From Bdellovibrionales bacterium (GTDB lineage: Archaea; Nanobdellota; Nanobdellia; Woesearchaeales; UBA583): a DNA stretch of 39,613 nucleotides. Of this stretch, positions 18,185-28,762 are shown piece after piece (the first letter of the stretch is position 1; each line of letters opens with the position of its first letter). Under the pieces are notes generated by a model. It made no database searches. It was not told the origin of the DNA and saw only the letters and a list, made by a program, of their open reading frames with translations. The stretch covers positions 1 to 39,613 of the forward strand of contig CAXPJQ010000047.1 of assembly GCA_964217375.1 (NCBI GenBank), given 5' to 3'. The translations under genes were made by a program, and so were the position numbers.

Positions 18185-19186
18185 TTATTTTGAAATTGAT
18201 TCTATTTTTTGTGATTTTTTATTGAAGAAATCATTTTGTTTTAATTTTTTCCACCAATTTTTATTATCTTCATACCATTTTAGAGTATCTTTAAAACCCT
18301 CTTCAAAACTAATTTCTTGTTTCCACCCTAAAGACTCTAATTTATTAATATTAACACTATACCTTAAATCATTAAAAGGCCTATCTTCTACAGAATCAAT
18401 ATAACTATCATCTTTTCCAAAATAGTTTAAAATTTTTTTTGCAATTTCTAAATTTGAAAACTCATCTTTAGTACCAATATTATAAAATTCTCCAATTTCT
18501 CCTTTATGAAAAATGACATCTACGGCTCTAGCTGTATCTTCAACATGTAAATAAGTTCTAATAGGATGAGGACTATGAAGAGGAACTTTTTTATCTTCCA
18601 TTAAATCAGTTGAAAACCTAGGAATAATTTTTTCAGGGTATTGATATGGACCATAATTATTATTACCTCTAGTAATAATAATTGGCATATTAAAAGATTT
18701 AATGTAAGATTGAACAATCATCTCAGCTGCAGCCTTTGAAGCAGAGTAAGGATTATTAGGACATAATTTATCTTCTTCTTCAAAAGAACCATCTAAAATG
18801 TCACCATAAACTTCATCAGTACTTACATGAATGAACCTTTTAATGTTTGAGATTCTTGATGCTTCAAGTAAAACATGAGTTCCATATGTGTTTGATTTTG
18901 TAAACATTAATGAATTACCAATTGAATTATCAACATGACTCTCTGCAGCAAAATGAATTACAGCATCCATATCTTTTAATAATTCAACTAAAAAATTTAA
19001 ATCACAAACATCACCTTTTATAAATTTATAATTTGGAAAATCCTCTAAATCCCTTAAATTATCTAAATTACCTGCATAAGTTAAAGCATCATAATTAATA
19101 ATTTCATAATTTGGATATTTATTTAAAAAATATCTTAAAAAATTACTCCCAATAAAACCTGCTCCTCCAGTTACTAAAATTTTCAT
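18185..19186 (-). CDS. rmlB: dTDP-glucose 4,6-dehydratase
   Basis: VTGGAGFIG, LTYAGN, HFAAESHVD, STDEVYG, PYSASKA, NNYGPYQYPEK. Confidence 0.95.
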   Translation of the reverse strand: MKILVTGGAGFIGSNFLRYFLNKYPNYEIINYDALTYAGNLDNLRDLEDFPNYKFIKGDVCDLNFLVELLKDMDAVIHFAAESHVDNSIGNSLMFTKSNTYGTHVLLEASRISNIKRFIHVSTDEVYGDILDGSFEEEDKLCPNNPYSASKAAAEMIVQSYIKSFNMPIIITRGNNNYGPYQYPEKIIPRFSTDLMEDKKVPLHSPHPIRTYLHVEDTARAVDVIFHKGEIGEFYNIGTKDEFSNLEIAKKILNYFGKDDSYIDSVEDRPFNDLRYSVNINKLESLGWKQEISFEEGFKDTLKWYEDNKNWWKKLKQNDFFNKKSQKIESISK

Positions 19187-21018
19187 TCTTTCTTATCAAA
19201 ATAATCCTTAATTATATTAAGGGAACTACTAATATTAAATTCAGGTTCCCAGTTTATAAACTTTTTTAACTTGCTAATATCCATACAAAAAGATTCCAAA
19301 TCTGAATTTTTTTTAGGTTCAATTGATACTTCGATATCCTCATAATTTTCATTTATAAATTTAATAAAATCACTAACATAAGTTTTTTTACCTGAACCAA
19401 TATTAAAAGTTTCATTAATGGAACTTGGGTTTTGAATTAATAAAAATAAAGCTTTTACAAAATCATCAATATAAATAAAATCTTTAAAAGTTTCTTCAGG
19501 AATGTCAAAATAAACTTTTTTTTTATCTAATAGATTTTGGAAAAAAGTTTTTTCAAATGTTATCTTATTTGAAAAATTTCTAGATAAGCCCAAAACATTT
19601 GAATTTCTTGTAAAAATTATTGGTAAATTATGATTATTAGAGTAATCTCTATATACTTTTTCAAGTTCATTTTTAGCATCACCATAAGGATGATTTGAAA
19701 AAAGAGTAGTATCTTCTAAATAAATTAAATTTGAATTGTCATATTGCATTCTTGAACCAAGAAATATATTTAAACAAGAATTATTGTGATTTTTACAGAA
19801 ATCTAAAATCATTTTATCTAAAATAAAATTAAAATCTTTTGGAAAAGTAAAATTTAAAATTAAATCTGCTTCTTTTAAATGATCTTTTAAAATTAAAAAG
19901 TCATCATCTTCCAAATTAAAATTTACAATTTTATATTTTTTAACAAAATCTAAATATAAATTATATTTAGAGGAATTTATATTAAAATTTCTTTCAACTA
20001 AAATAATATTATTAAAATTTTGAGAATCTAAATACTTTAACATATTTTCACCAATAAAACCTAGTCCTCCAAAAATAACAATCTTTGAATTTGAATTTAT
20101 ATTAAAAATCATCTTTTTATAATACTCGATAGTTCTTTTTAAACCCTCTTTAATATCAAATTTGATATCCCAATTTAATTTTTTTTTTAATAATGAAGGA
20201 TCAAGATTAGATAAATTTAGAGAATCTACTCTTTCACCCCTAATATCAATAATTGATTTGGAATTAGTTATTTTAATTATTTCTTTAGCATAATCTTCTA
20301 AAGAGATTGTAATTTCATTACATAAATTAAATATTCCATTAGAATTTGAATCCATAGCTTTTATATAAGCTGAGAGTAAATCTTCAATATATATAAAATT
20401 AATTAAATATAGAGGATTACCATCAATTCTTAGAGGTTTGTTATTTAATGCATTTAAAATAAAATTTGTAGTTATTGCACCGTATTTTGGATTTTGTCCA
20501 GGCCCATAAATATTAGAATTTCTAAAAGCTACAAAATCTAAACCTTTTTTTGAAAAATTAGATAATAAATTTTCAATTTCTAATTTAGTTTTGCCATAAA
20601 TTGTGGTGGGATTTGGAATTGAATTTTCATTAAGTATTTTATCATTACAATTACCATATACTTTAATAGAAGAGGCATAAATAATTTTAGAATTATTATT
20701 AAGAGCAAAATCAAATAATTTTCCAGAGGCATAAATTATTTCTTGAGAGTAATCTTCTTCATTTCTAATTCCATGTGAAATTGCACCTGGCGCTAATTGA
20801 TAAATATAGTCAAAATAAGGTAGATTTTCAAGATAGGAATTAGGAATTAAAAAATCACCTTCAATAATATTTAATTTATCAAGAAGATTTTGTGAAAAAA
20901 TATCTAAATTGTTTCTATCCCTAACTAAAATAGAAATTTCTAAATCTAAATTAACTAAATATTTAACTAAATTTGAACCTATAAATCCAGTAGCTCCAAT
21001 AACTAAAACTTTCTTCAT
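19183..21018 (-). CDS. Tandem two-domain NAD-dependent epimerase/dehydratase
   Basis: Two extended SDR units: GATGFIG...YGKTK and GGLGFIG...YGDAK. Confidence 0.85.
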   Translation of the reverse strand: MKKVLVIGATGFIGSNLVKYLVNLDLEISILVRDRNNLDIFSQNLLDKLNIIEGDFLIPNSYLENLPYFDYIYQLAPGAISHGIRNEEDYSQEIIYASGKLFDFALNNNSKIIYASSIKVYGNCNDKILNENSIPNPTTIYGKTKLEIENLLSNFSKKGLDFVAFRNSNIYGPGQNPKYGAITTNFILNALNNKPLRIDGNPLYLINFIYIEDLLSAYIKAMDSNSNGIFNLCNEITISLEDYAKEIIKITNSKSIIDIRGERVDSLNLSNLDPSLLKKKLNWDIKFDIKEGLKRTIEYYKKMIFNINSNSKIVIFGGLGFIGENMLKYLDSQNFNNIILVERNFNINSSKYNLYLDFVKKYKIVNFNLEDDDFLILKDHLKEADLILNFTFPKDFNFILDKMILDFCKNHNNSCLNIFLGSRMQYDNSNLIYLEDTTLFSNHPYGDAKNELEKVYRDYSNNHNLPIIFTRNSNVLGLSRNFSNKITFEKTFFQNLLDKKKVYFDIPEETFKDFIYIDDFVKALFLLIQNPSSINETFNIGSGKKTYVSDFIKFINENYEDIEVSIEPKKNSDLESFCMDISKLKKFINWEPEFNISSSLNIIKDYFDKKE

Positions 21019-21089
21019 AATAAAATCTAAAATAAAGGATATTTTAAATTTTTACATATACTTTTAAATAGAAAGAAAGAAATATTATT

Positions 21090-21611
21090 ATGACACCTAA
21101 AAAATTAAACCTTGGTTGTGGTGGTAATTATCTTAAAAATTTTACAAATTTAGATTACAACAAAGAAAATAAAGCAGATGTATATCATAATCTAGAAAAA
21201 TTTCCTTATCCCTTTAAAGATAATGAATTTGATTATATTTTAATGGATGCAGTATTAGAACACCTAGAAAATCCAGTTAAAGTGTTAAAAGAGTTAAAAA
21301 GAATATCAAAAAAAGATAGCATTGTTAAAATAAAAGTTCCACATTTTACTTCAACTATAGCTTTTGGAGATTTAACCCATAAACATTTTTTTTCATATGA
21401 TTCTGTTAATGTGGAAGAAGAAAAAGGGATTGGATTTAATACTTATTTTAATGTAGTTAAAACAAAAATAAAATTTGGTAAAAAATTTGCAATATGGAAT
21501 TATATAATTGAACATATTGCAAATAAATTTCCAAAATTATATGAAGGAACACCTCTTAGAATATTTCCTGCATTTACAATGGAAGTTATATTAAAAAATA
21601 ATAAGAATTAA
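21090..21611 (+). CDS. Class I SAM-dependent methyltransferase
   Basis: KLNLGCG, PYPFKDNEFD, VLEHL, VPH. Confidence 0.85.
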   Translation: MTPKKLNLGCGGNYLKNFTNLDYNKENKADVYHNLEKFPYPFKDNEFDYILMDAVLEHLENPVKVLKELKRISKKDSIVKIKVPHFTSTIAFGDLTHKHFFSYDSVNVEEEKGIGFNTYFNVVKTKIKFGKKFAIWNYIIEHIANKFPKLYEGTPLRIFPAFTMEVILKNNKN

Positions 21612-22648
21612 ATTAAATCTTCATAAGTTTCTTTATATTTTTTTATCATTATTTTTTTATCAAAAAACTTTTCAACTCTAAGTCTTGCATTAAAACCATA
21701 TTTCTTTTGTTTATTATCATCAAAAATAACTAAGTTTATTTTTTTAATCATATCATTAATATTTTTTGGTTTTACATAAATTACACTATCTCTACAAAAT
21801 TCTTTGATATGAGGTAAATCTGAGGTAATTACTGTTCTCCCACATGCCATTGCTTCAATTACAACTAAAGGAGTTGCAATAGCTCCTCCTATATGCCTAT
21901 AGGGAAAAAATAAAATATCGTTATTATTATATTCTTTAATTATATCATCAACAACTCCATAAATTTCAATTGAAGGATCAATTGAATTTATATAACTTCT
22001 AAACTTTGAAGTAATATTTGTAACATAAATTCTTTTTGTAACTCTTTTACTATCTAATTTAGAAAAAACATTTACAACTTCAATTAAACCTTTTGAAGTA
22101 GATAAATGACCAAAATAGGCAATAGATTTTTTTTTAGATTTTTTTAAATTTAAATTTTTAAATTTGTCTAAATCAATACCATGATTAATAACTTTAACAT
22201 TTTTTAAATTTAACATATTTTTTAAAAATATACTTGGAACAATAATTAAATCAAACTTTCTAAAAAAGAACCTTTTTATAAAAACTGGTGTTAATAAACT
22301 AATTGATCTAAAAAAAATTTTTTTAAACCTAATAAGAAAAGGATAATAATCATCTCTAGTATCTGAAATATATTTATAGAAGTCAAACTGATCTTTTAGG
22401 TCTTCAAAAAAATTAATTCCTAAATTTGAATGTAGAGAGTATATAGAACGTACATTACTTTTTTTAAATTTAATAGCTTCTACAAACCCAGAACTATGAA
22501 TATTAATTAAATCCGGTTTTACTTTTGATTTGTTAATAGAAATATTATAAAATTTAGATAAATCTAAATTTAATTTTTTTACAATTTTAACTAAACCCTC
22601 AAAGGAGTGATCTGAAAAATCTCCTTTAAATAAAATATTTTTTTTCAT
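21608..22648 (-). CDS. Glycosyltransferase GT4
   Basis: NHGIDL, YFGHLSTSKG, PLVVIEAMACG. Confidence 0.9.
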   Translation of the reverse strand: MKKNILFKGDFSDHSFEGLVKIVKKLNLDLSKFYNISINKSKVKPDLINIHSSGFVEAIKFKKSNVRSIYSLHSNLGINFFEDLKDQFDFYKYISDTRDDYYPFLIRFKKIFFRSISLLTPVFIKRFFFRKFDLIIVPSIFLKNMLNLKNVKVINHGIDLDKFKNLNLKKSKKKSIAYFGHLSTSKGLIEVVNVFSKLDSKRVTKRIYVTNITSKFRSYINSIDPSIEIYGVVDDIIKEYNNNDILFFPYRHIGGAIATPLVVIEAMACGRTVITSDLPHIKEFCRDSVIYVKPKNINDMIKKINLVIFDDNKQKKYGFNARLRVEKFFDKKIMIKKYKETYEDLI

Positions 22649-22656
22649 TTTAGAAA

Positions 22657-23685
22657 TTAAAAGTTTAATAATACTTTTAAAATTTCATCTTTGGATAAAA
22701 TATTTTCTGAAGAAGAAGACTCAAAACTTTCTTTAGAAGATTTTGAAAAACCTTTTGAAATTAACTTATCTACTTGACTTTGAGTAGAAAATGAAGAAAC
22801 TCTAACAAACATTTTTTCATTTTCATATAAATATTCTTTTTCTCCTTTATTAAGTAATTCTTCATGAAGTTTTTCTCCTAAACGAGTTCCAATAACAATT
22901 CTTTTTGATTCAGGAATATTTTTTAGATTACAATATGAATCAAAAAAATCTTTCATTATAACTGAGGGCATTTTAAAAATAAAAGTTTCTCCAAATTCAG
23001 AGTAATATGTTGCTGAAAAAATTAGATTAACTGATTGAGGAATACTCATGAAGAATCTAGTCATATCAGGATTTGTCAAAGTTAAATTATTGTTTGATTT
23101 AATTTGATTATCCCAAATTTCAAGAACTGAACCTCTAGAATATAATACATTTCCAAATCTTACAATCCCAAACTTTGAATTCCTTCTCATATCTGAATTT
23201 GCAATAGCTGAAACTAATTTTTCTGCTAAAAGTTTTGTAGTACCCATAACATTACCTGGATTTGCAGCCTTATCGGTACTAATTAAAATCATTTTCTCAA
23301 CATTATTCCCAATTACTGCATCAATAACATTTCTAGTACCTAAAATATTTGTATTAATTGCCTCATATGGATTTTCTTCAGACATAATAACATGTTTCAT
23401 AGCGGCTGCATGAAATACAATATCTACAGATTTTAAAAGCTCATTTATTCTCCTAAAGTTTCTAACATCTCCCAATTTGAATTCTAATTTTTGATTTGAA
23501 TTATTAGTATTAAATAAAGATTTTTTGTAAAACATCTCAGTTTCCCTATTATCTATAATTATTAATTTTTTGATATTATAACCTAAAAGCATTGACACAA
23601 TTTCAGACCCAATACTACCAATACCTCCAGTTACTGCAATAGTTTTATTTGAAAATAATTTTTCAAGTTCTTCTCTTGATACCAT
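22657..23685 (-). CDS. UDP-GlcNAc 4,6-dehydratase family (CapD/PglF/PseB-like, soluble)
   Basis: VTGGIGSIG, FHAAAMKHV, STDKA, MGTTK (MxxxK type), RFGNVLYSRGSV, MTRF, GEKLHEEL. Confidence 0.9.
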   Translation of the reverse strand: MVSREELEKLFSNKTIAVTGGIGSIGSEIVSMLLGYNIKKLIIIDNRETEMFYKKSLFNTNNSNQKLEFKLGDVRNFRRINELLKSVDIVFHAAAMKHVIMSEENPYEAINTNILGTRNVIDAVIGNNVEKMILISTDKAANPGNVMGTTKLLAEKLVSAIANSDMRRNSKFGIVRFGNVLYSRGSVLEIWDNQIKSNNNLTLTNPDMTRFFMSIPQSVNLIFSATYYSEFGETFIFKMPSVIMKDFFDSYCNLKNIPESKRIVIGTRLGEKLHEELLNKGEKEYLYENEKMFVRVSSFSTQSQVDKLISKGFSKSSKESFESSSSENILSKDEILKVLLNF

Positions 23686-23725
23686 AAAATTAAATTTAAC
23701 TTTTCTAGTTATAAACTTTTAGTTT

Positions 23726-24907
23726 TTATTTAAGATAAATATTAATATAACTCTCAATGTAATTCTTTGGTTCATATTCTAGAGCTGTTTTTCTTGCTTC
23801 AATACCAAACTTTTCAATATCAATTTTACTTGCTTTTAAAATTACATTTGCTAAATCCCCTTTTTTTTTAGGATTAAATATAAAGCCAGTTTTATTTTCT
23901 TTAATTAAATCAGGTATTGCTCCCCTATTTGAACCAATTACTGGACGATAATATCCCATTGATTCTGGAATAACTAAGCCAAAAGATTCTTGAATTAGAC
24001 TTGGTAAAATTAAAAATTTATTTTTTTTATAATAATTATTTAAATTAACCCAACCTAAAAATTTAATATTTTCATTTAGACCTAACTTAGTAACTTTTAA
24101 TTTCAATTCTTTTTCTAATGAACCTGTACCCGCAATGTTTAACTTTAAGGATTTATCTTTTTTAAATGCTAAAATAAATTCATCTAAAAGAACTTTTAAT
24201 CCTTTATTTTCTTCTAATTGACCTCCATATAAAAATGAATTACCTTCAATTTTATCAAAATCATAATTAGTTTTATTTTTAAATTCAACCGGATAAGGAA
24301 CAATTTTTGTTTTTTTAAAACCTTGTTTGTTTAAATAAATAGATAGCTTTTGAGTTGCAGTTACAAAAAGGTTAATTTTTTTTTGAAGAATATTTTTTCT
24401 TTTATAAAAAAAATAAATCAAAATTAAATAAGTTAAAATATTATAGTTCCTTTTATGTTTCCAAAAACAATCTTTAAAATTAAAACCCGAACTACAAGGA
24501 CTTAAATCATTATGAACATTCCACAAAGTAGGACAAATTAAACCGTAATCATGTACTGAATAAATAACTTTAACTTTTTTAGGTAAAGCTCTTAAAATTG
24601 AAATTGTATATTTATTAATATTTTGAAGGTGAATTATGTCTGGATTTACTTTTTTAATATGGTTTGAGATTTGGAAATATTTAATTGGATTTAAAAAAAT
24701 CCTCCAAAAAAATCTAATAAATACATTTCCTGATTCTTTTAAAATTAATAAATTCTTAGCCCTTGATTTTCTAACTCCAAAAGATAGGGTGTAGATTTCA
24801 AAATTTTTATTTTTATCTAAATTATTTTTTAAAGTAAAAAAAACTTTTTCTGCCCCCCCACCATTAGGATTATAGCTATCTGAAATAAATAAAATTTTTT
24901 TCATCAT
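23726..24907 (-). CDS. Glycosyltransferase GT4
   Basis: GGGAE, HDYGLICP, ENKG, ESFGLVIPESMG. Confidence 0.9.
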   Translation of the reverse strand: MMKKILFISDSYNPNGGGAEKVFFTLKNNLDKNKNFEIYTLSFGVRKSRAKNLLILKESGNVFIRFFWRIFLNPIKYFQISNHIKKVNPDIIHLQNINKYTISILRALPKKVKVIYSVHDYGLICPTLWNVHNDLSPCSSGFNFKDCFWKHKRNYNILTYLILIYFFYKRKNILQKKINLFVTATQKLSIYLNKQGFKKTKIVPYPVEFKNKTNYDFDKIEGNSFLYGGQLEENKGLKVLLDEFILAFKKDKSLKLNIAGTGSLEKELKLKVTKLGLNENIKFLGWVNLNNYYKKNKFLILPSLIQESFGLVIPESMGYYRPVIGSNRGAIPDLIKENKTGFIFNPKKKGDLANVILKASKIDIEKFGIEARKTALEYEPKNYIESYINIYLK

Positions 24908-25269
24908 TTATACCTTCTATAAAATAAAAAAAATCCTGCAAGTATCATTAAAAATGAAACTAACCAATTAAATTTTAAAATGTTTACTTTAATTATAATA
25001 TTAATAATATAAAGTAACAAAGGTTGAACTCCATAACCTATCCCTAAACCTAAAATTAACCTTTCAGAAAAGGAAATTTTATCAATATAATAAAGTATTA
25101 AAAAATATCCTGGCAAAATAAATAAAAATAAATGTGCTAAAGTTAATTTGAAAATAAAAAATAAAGATTCGAGGTAATAATGACTTAAGAAAAATAAAAA
25201 TAAAAATAAAGATAATATTGAAATTATTTTTAATTCTTCAAAAAATAAATTTTTAATTTTTTTTTTCAT
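24904..25269 (-). CDS. Small membrane protein
   Basis: Likely ATG at 25269, just after the upstream stop; about 4 TM; FILPGY...ERLILGLGIG. Confidence 0.7.
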   Translation of the reverse strand: MKKKIKNLFFEELKIISILSLFLFLFFLSHYYLESLFFIFKLTLAHLFLFILPGYFLILYYIDKISFSERLILGLGIGYGVQPLLLYIINIIIKVNILKFNWLVSFLMILAGFFLFYRRYK

Positions 25270-25270
25270 T

Positions 25271-26986
25271 TTAATTAGTACCTCTTTTTTCAACATTTAA
25301 ACTTGTTTGAGTGAAACAACTTGAATTTAAGTTATTATTTTCTAAAATAACACTTAAACCATTATTATATAAAATATCAAAATTACTTTCATTTATTAAT
25401 TTATTTGCAATTAATATTGAGTACTTTGCAAAGTTAGGATTTCTAGTTTGAGATTCAAAATAAATATATCTATACTCACAAAGAGTTTTATTTACTTTTT
25501 GAGGAATAAATCCTGGATTAATAAACCATGAATCCTGAGACAATTCAAATTTATGATGGATTGGGAAGGAATCAACTAAAAAAGTATTTTTTAGAGTCAA
25601 AGAGTTTAAACTATCAATATAGTCTTTTTCTTGAATTAAATGGTATGGAATCCTAGCGGGAGTAAAAGATGCTTTTTGACTACAGGAATTACAATTTAAA
25701 ATTAAAAGAGTTTGATCTTCTTCAAGATTCTCACTCATCCAAACTTGAGCTTCATATACCTGAGGCATAATAATTGAATCCTGAGAAATTTCTTTGAAAT
25801 TTGAAAACAAACCAACATATAAAATTAAAAGTGAAAAAATAAATCCTGTAAATATTAACTTTAAATTCTCTTTAAGTTTAGTTATAATTACTAAAAAAAA
25901 TAAAAAAATAAAAGGCATAAATGTAATTAAATAAAAAGCTCTTGCTTGAGGCAAATTATTTCCAAAAAATTTTATAATTCCAGATAAGATTAAAAATAAA
26001 GATATAATCCCAATAATATCCATATTAATATTTTTTTTATTTTTAAAGAAAAATATAAACCAAAAAAGTAAACCAATTAAGGCTAAGTATAAAAAAATAT
26101 ATAAATCACTAAAAGTTACTTGATGGAAAAGAGGATTATAATTCCAAACAATTAAACCCTCAGATTTATCTGAGTTAGATTCTACAAAAGAAAACATTGC
26201 TTTCCACCATGGAAATATAAAAATAATCGATATGAAAACTGAATATAGAAATAATTTAGACCTAATAAAAAAATCTTCAGTTTTAAAATAAGAGAGGTAT
26301 TCTTTAAAATTAAATATTTTAAAATAAACTTTTTCTTTAAAAAAATAAAGTAAGAAAAATAAAACAATACCTAAATTAAAAGATTGAAATTCTCTTCCAT
26401 GTGAAAGAAAAGAAGCGGCATTTAAAATACCTAAAATAAAAAACATACCTTTTTCTTTAATATGAATAAATGCTAAAATTGAAATTACTACTAAAAAAAT
26501 ATTCATATTACCAATATTCCCTCCCCAGTTTATAATAAAAGTATATGGCCAAGAAAATAAAAGAAAAAACATAGGTAAAGTTAAAAGAGAAGCTAGAGTA
26601 TTTATTTTTCTTAGAATTACATACATTGATAAAATTGAAAAAAGAATAAATATAATATTAAAATGAATTACCAAATTAAAAGATTCAGTATCTAAAAAAC
26701 TCGATATTTGAGCATTAAGAATCCCACTTAAAGGAGAAAAAAAATTATAAGAATCGTTATGATTTCCACTCAAATAATTAGGAACTTTTTCTAAGTTATC
26801 ATTATATTTAGCTGCATCTGCATAAGCACTAAAGATAAACATATCATTAGCATGAATTTGATTAGGCGTATTATGATCTAATTTCCCATTATCAAAGACT
26901 GAAGAAAAATAAATCAATGAAAAAAAAAATATTAAAAGAAGAGAAATCTCAAATTTATTAGATTTTATTTTTTTAAAAATATCCAT
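25271..26986 (-). CDS. Large polytopic membrane protein, possibly GT-C-fold glycosyltransferase
   Basis: About 12 TM, Asp-containing loop after TM1 (HANDMF), soluble C-terminal domain (AQVWMSEN); located in the glycan locus. Confidence 0.55.
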   Translation of the reverse strand: MDIFKKIKSNKFEISLLLIFFFSLIYFSSVFDNGKLDHNTPNQIHANDMFIFSAYADAAKYNDNLEKVPNYLSGNHNDSYNFFSPLSGILNAQISSFLDTESFNLVIHFNIIFILFSILSMYVILRKINTLASLLTLPMFFLLFSWPYTFIINWGGNIGNMNIFLVVISILAFIHIKEKGMFFILGILNAASFLSHGREFQSFNLGIVLFFLLYFFKEKVYFKIFNFKEYLSYFKTEDFFIRSKLFLYSVFISIIFIFPWWKAMFSFVESNSDKSEGLIVWNYNPLFHQVTFSDLYIFLYLALIGLLFWFIFFFKNKKNINMDIIGIISLFLILSGIIKFFGNNLPQARAFYLITFMPFIFLFFLVIITKLKENLKLIFTGFIFSLLILYVGLFSNFKEISQDSIIMPQVYEAQVWMSENLEEDQTLLILNCNSCSQKASFTPARIPYHLIQEKDYIDSLNSLTLKNTFLVDSFPIHHKFELSQDSWFINPGFIPQKVNKTLCEYRYIYFESQTRNPNFAKYSILIANKLINESNFDILYNNGLSVILENNNLNSSCFTQTSLNVEKRGTN

Positions 26987-27130
26987 AATATTTATTTAAT
27001 ATTTGTATTTAAAAGTTTAACTAATTATTTAATCATATTTATTTAAGAAAAAATTAATTCTAATTTTTAATAAAAGAAAAAAGAAAATATCTACAAAAAC
27101 TTATAAAAGAAAAAAATTGAATTATAAATA

Positions 27131-27595
27131 ATGAATCTAAAAAAGTTTATTGAAAAAGAAAATATTAATTTTAATAACATTTTAAGTCCTAAATTTGTAT
27201 TTAACTTGCTATATAAATATAAATATATTCATTTTTTTTTAACTGGGGCATCTGGTGCTTTAGTAGCATTAATTATTATTGCATTATTGACTGAATTTAT
27301 ATTTGGTCAAGAAAAATATTTTACTGCATATCTAATTGGGTTGTTATTAAATCTAATATATAATTTCACATTACATACTAAAATTAGCTTTAAAACTAAA
27401 AAAAAACATATTAGAAGATTTACAATTTTTATTACTTATTCTCTAATTATGGCTTCAATTCAAGCAACAATTGTTAAGATATTTACTCCAATATTGGGCT
27501 TAGAATACTATCTTTTTGTAATTGCTTCAACGATATTATTGTTTTCAATAATTAATTTTTTTTCTTGTAAATTATTAATATTTTTTGAAAAATGA
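27131..27595 (+). CDS. GtrA-family protein
   Basis: FFLTGASG, NFTLH..ISFK, RF..F, INF...KLLIF; 4 TM. Confidence 0.85.
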   Translation: MNLKKFIEKENINFNNILSPKFVFNLLYKYKYIHFFLTGASGALVALIIIALLTEFIFGQEKYFTAYLIGLLLNLIYNFTLHTKISFKTKKKHIRRFTIFITYSLIMASIQATIVKIFTPILGLEYYLFVIASTILLFSIINFFSCKLLIFFEK

Positions 27596-27646
27596 ATTTT
27601 TACTACCGTTAAATTTAAAAAGAACAATTCTCTTATATTATTTATA

Positions 27647-28762
27647 ATGAAAGTACCTTTTTTAGATCTCCAAAGAATAAATAGTCCTATTAAAAAACAA
27701 TTAATGGAAGTATTTAGTGATGTAATTGATTCAAGTTCCTTTGCAGGAGGTAGATATGTTGAAAAATTTGAAACTGATTTTGCAAAATATTGTCAAACTA
27801 ATTATGCAGCAGGAGTTTCTTCTGGGACTGATGCAATTAAATTAGCATTAAGAAGTTCAAATATAAGGTCAGGCGATGAAGTTATAATTCCTGCAAATAC
27901 ATTTATTGCTACAGCTGGAGCTATTTCAAGTTTAAATGCAAAACCAGTATTAGTTGATGTGGAAAAAGACTCTCACTTAATTGATACTACAAAAATAGAA
28001 GATGTAATTACAGATAAAACAAAAGCAATTATTCCTGTTCATTTATATGGTCAAATTGCAGATATGGATCAAATAAATTATTTAGCTAAAAAATATAACT
28101 TAAAGGTAATTGAAGATGCTTGTCAAGCACATGGTGCAACTTACAATGGGAAAAAAGCAGGTTCTATTGGAGACATAGGTTGTTTTTCATTTTATCCTGG
28201 AAAAAACTTAGGAGCATTAGGAGAAGGAGGGGCATGTACAACTAATTCCGAAGAATTATTTAGAATGATTCAAATTTTAAAAAATCATGGTTCTTCTAAA
28301 AAGTATTATCATGATATTACTGGATATAATGATAGATTGCATGGGATTCAAGGAGCATTTTTAGAAATTAAATTAAAAGGATTGGATACAGAAAATGAAG
28401 GAAGACTAAAAGTTGCACAAGAATATAATGATAGATTGAATTCAATAGAGGGAATAATTCTTCCAAAATTTAAAGAGGATAGAACTTCTTCAAATCATTT
28501 ATATGTAATTCAAGTTGAAAATAGAGAAAAAGTTATGCAAAAACTAGAAAAGATGGGAGTTCAAACTGGAATTCATTATCCCATCCCAATTCATTTACAC
28601 CCTGCATATAAACATCTAGATTATAAAAAAGGAGATTTCCCAATTGCAGAACATGCTTCTCAAAGAATTCTATCGTTACCGATGTTTGGTACTCTTAGAA
28701 AAGACGAAGTTAGTTATGTTTGTGAAAGTTTAGAAAAAATAATAGGAGAAGAAAATAAATGA
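27647..28762 (+). CDS. DegT/DnrJ/EryC1/StrS sugar aminotransferase (WbpE-like)
   Basis: SSGTDA, PVHLYGQ, EDACQAHG, SFYPGKNLGALGEGG. Confidence 0.95.
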   Translation: MKVPFLDLQRINSPIKKQLMEVFSDVIDSSSFAGGRYVEKFETDFAKYCQTNYAAGVSSGTDAIKLALRSSNIRSGDEVIIPANTFIATAGAISSLNAKPVLVDVEKDSHLIDTTKIEDVITDKTKAIIPVHLYGQIADMDQINYLAKKYNLKVIEDACQAHGATYNGKKAGSIGDIGCFSFYPGKNLGALGEGGACTTNSEELFRMIQILKNHGSSKKYYHDITGYNDRLHGIQGAFLEIKLKGLDTENEGRLKVAQEYNDRLNSIEGIILPKFKEDRTSSNHLYVIQVENREKVMQKLEKMGVQTGIHYPIPIHLHPAYKHLDYKKGDFPIAEHASQRILSLPMFGTLRKDEVSYVCESLEKIIGEENK

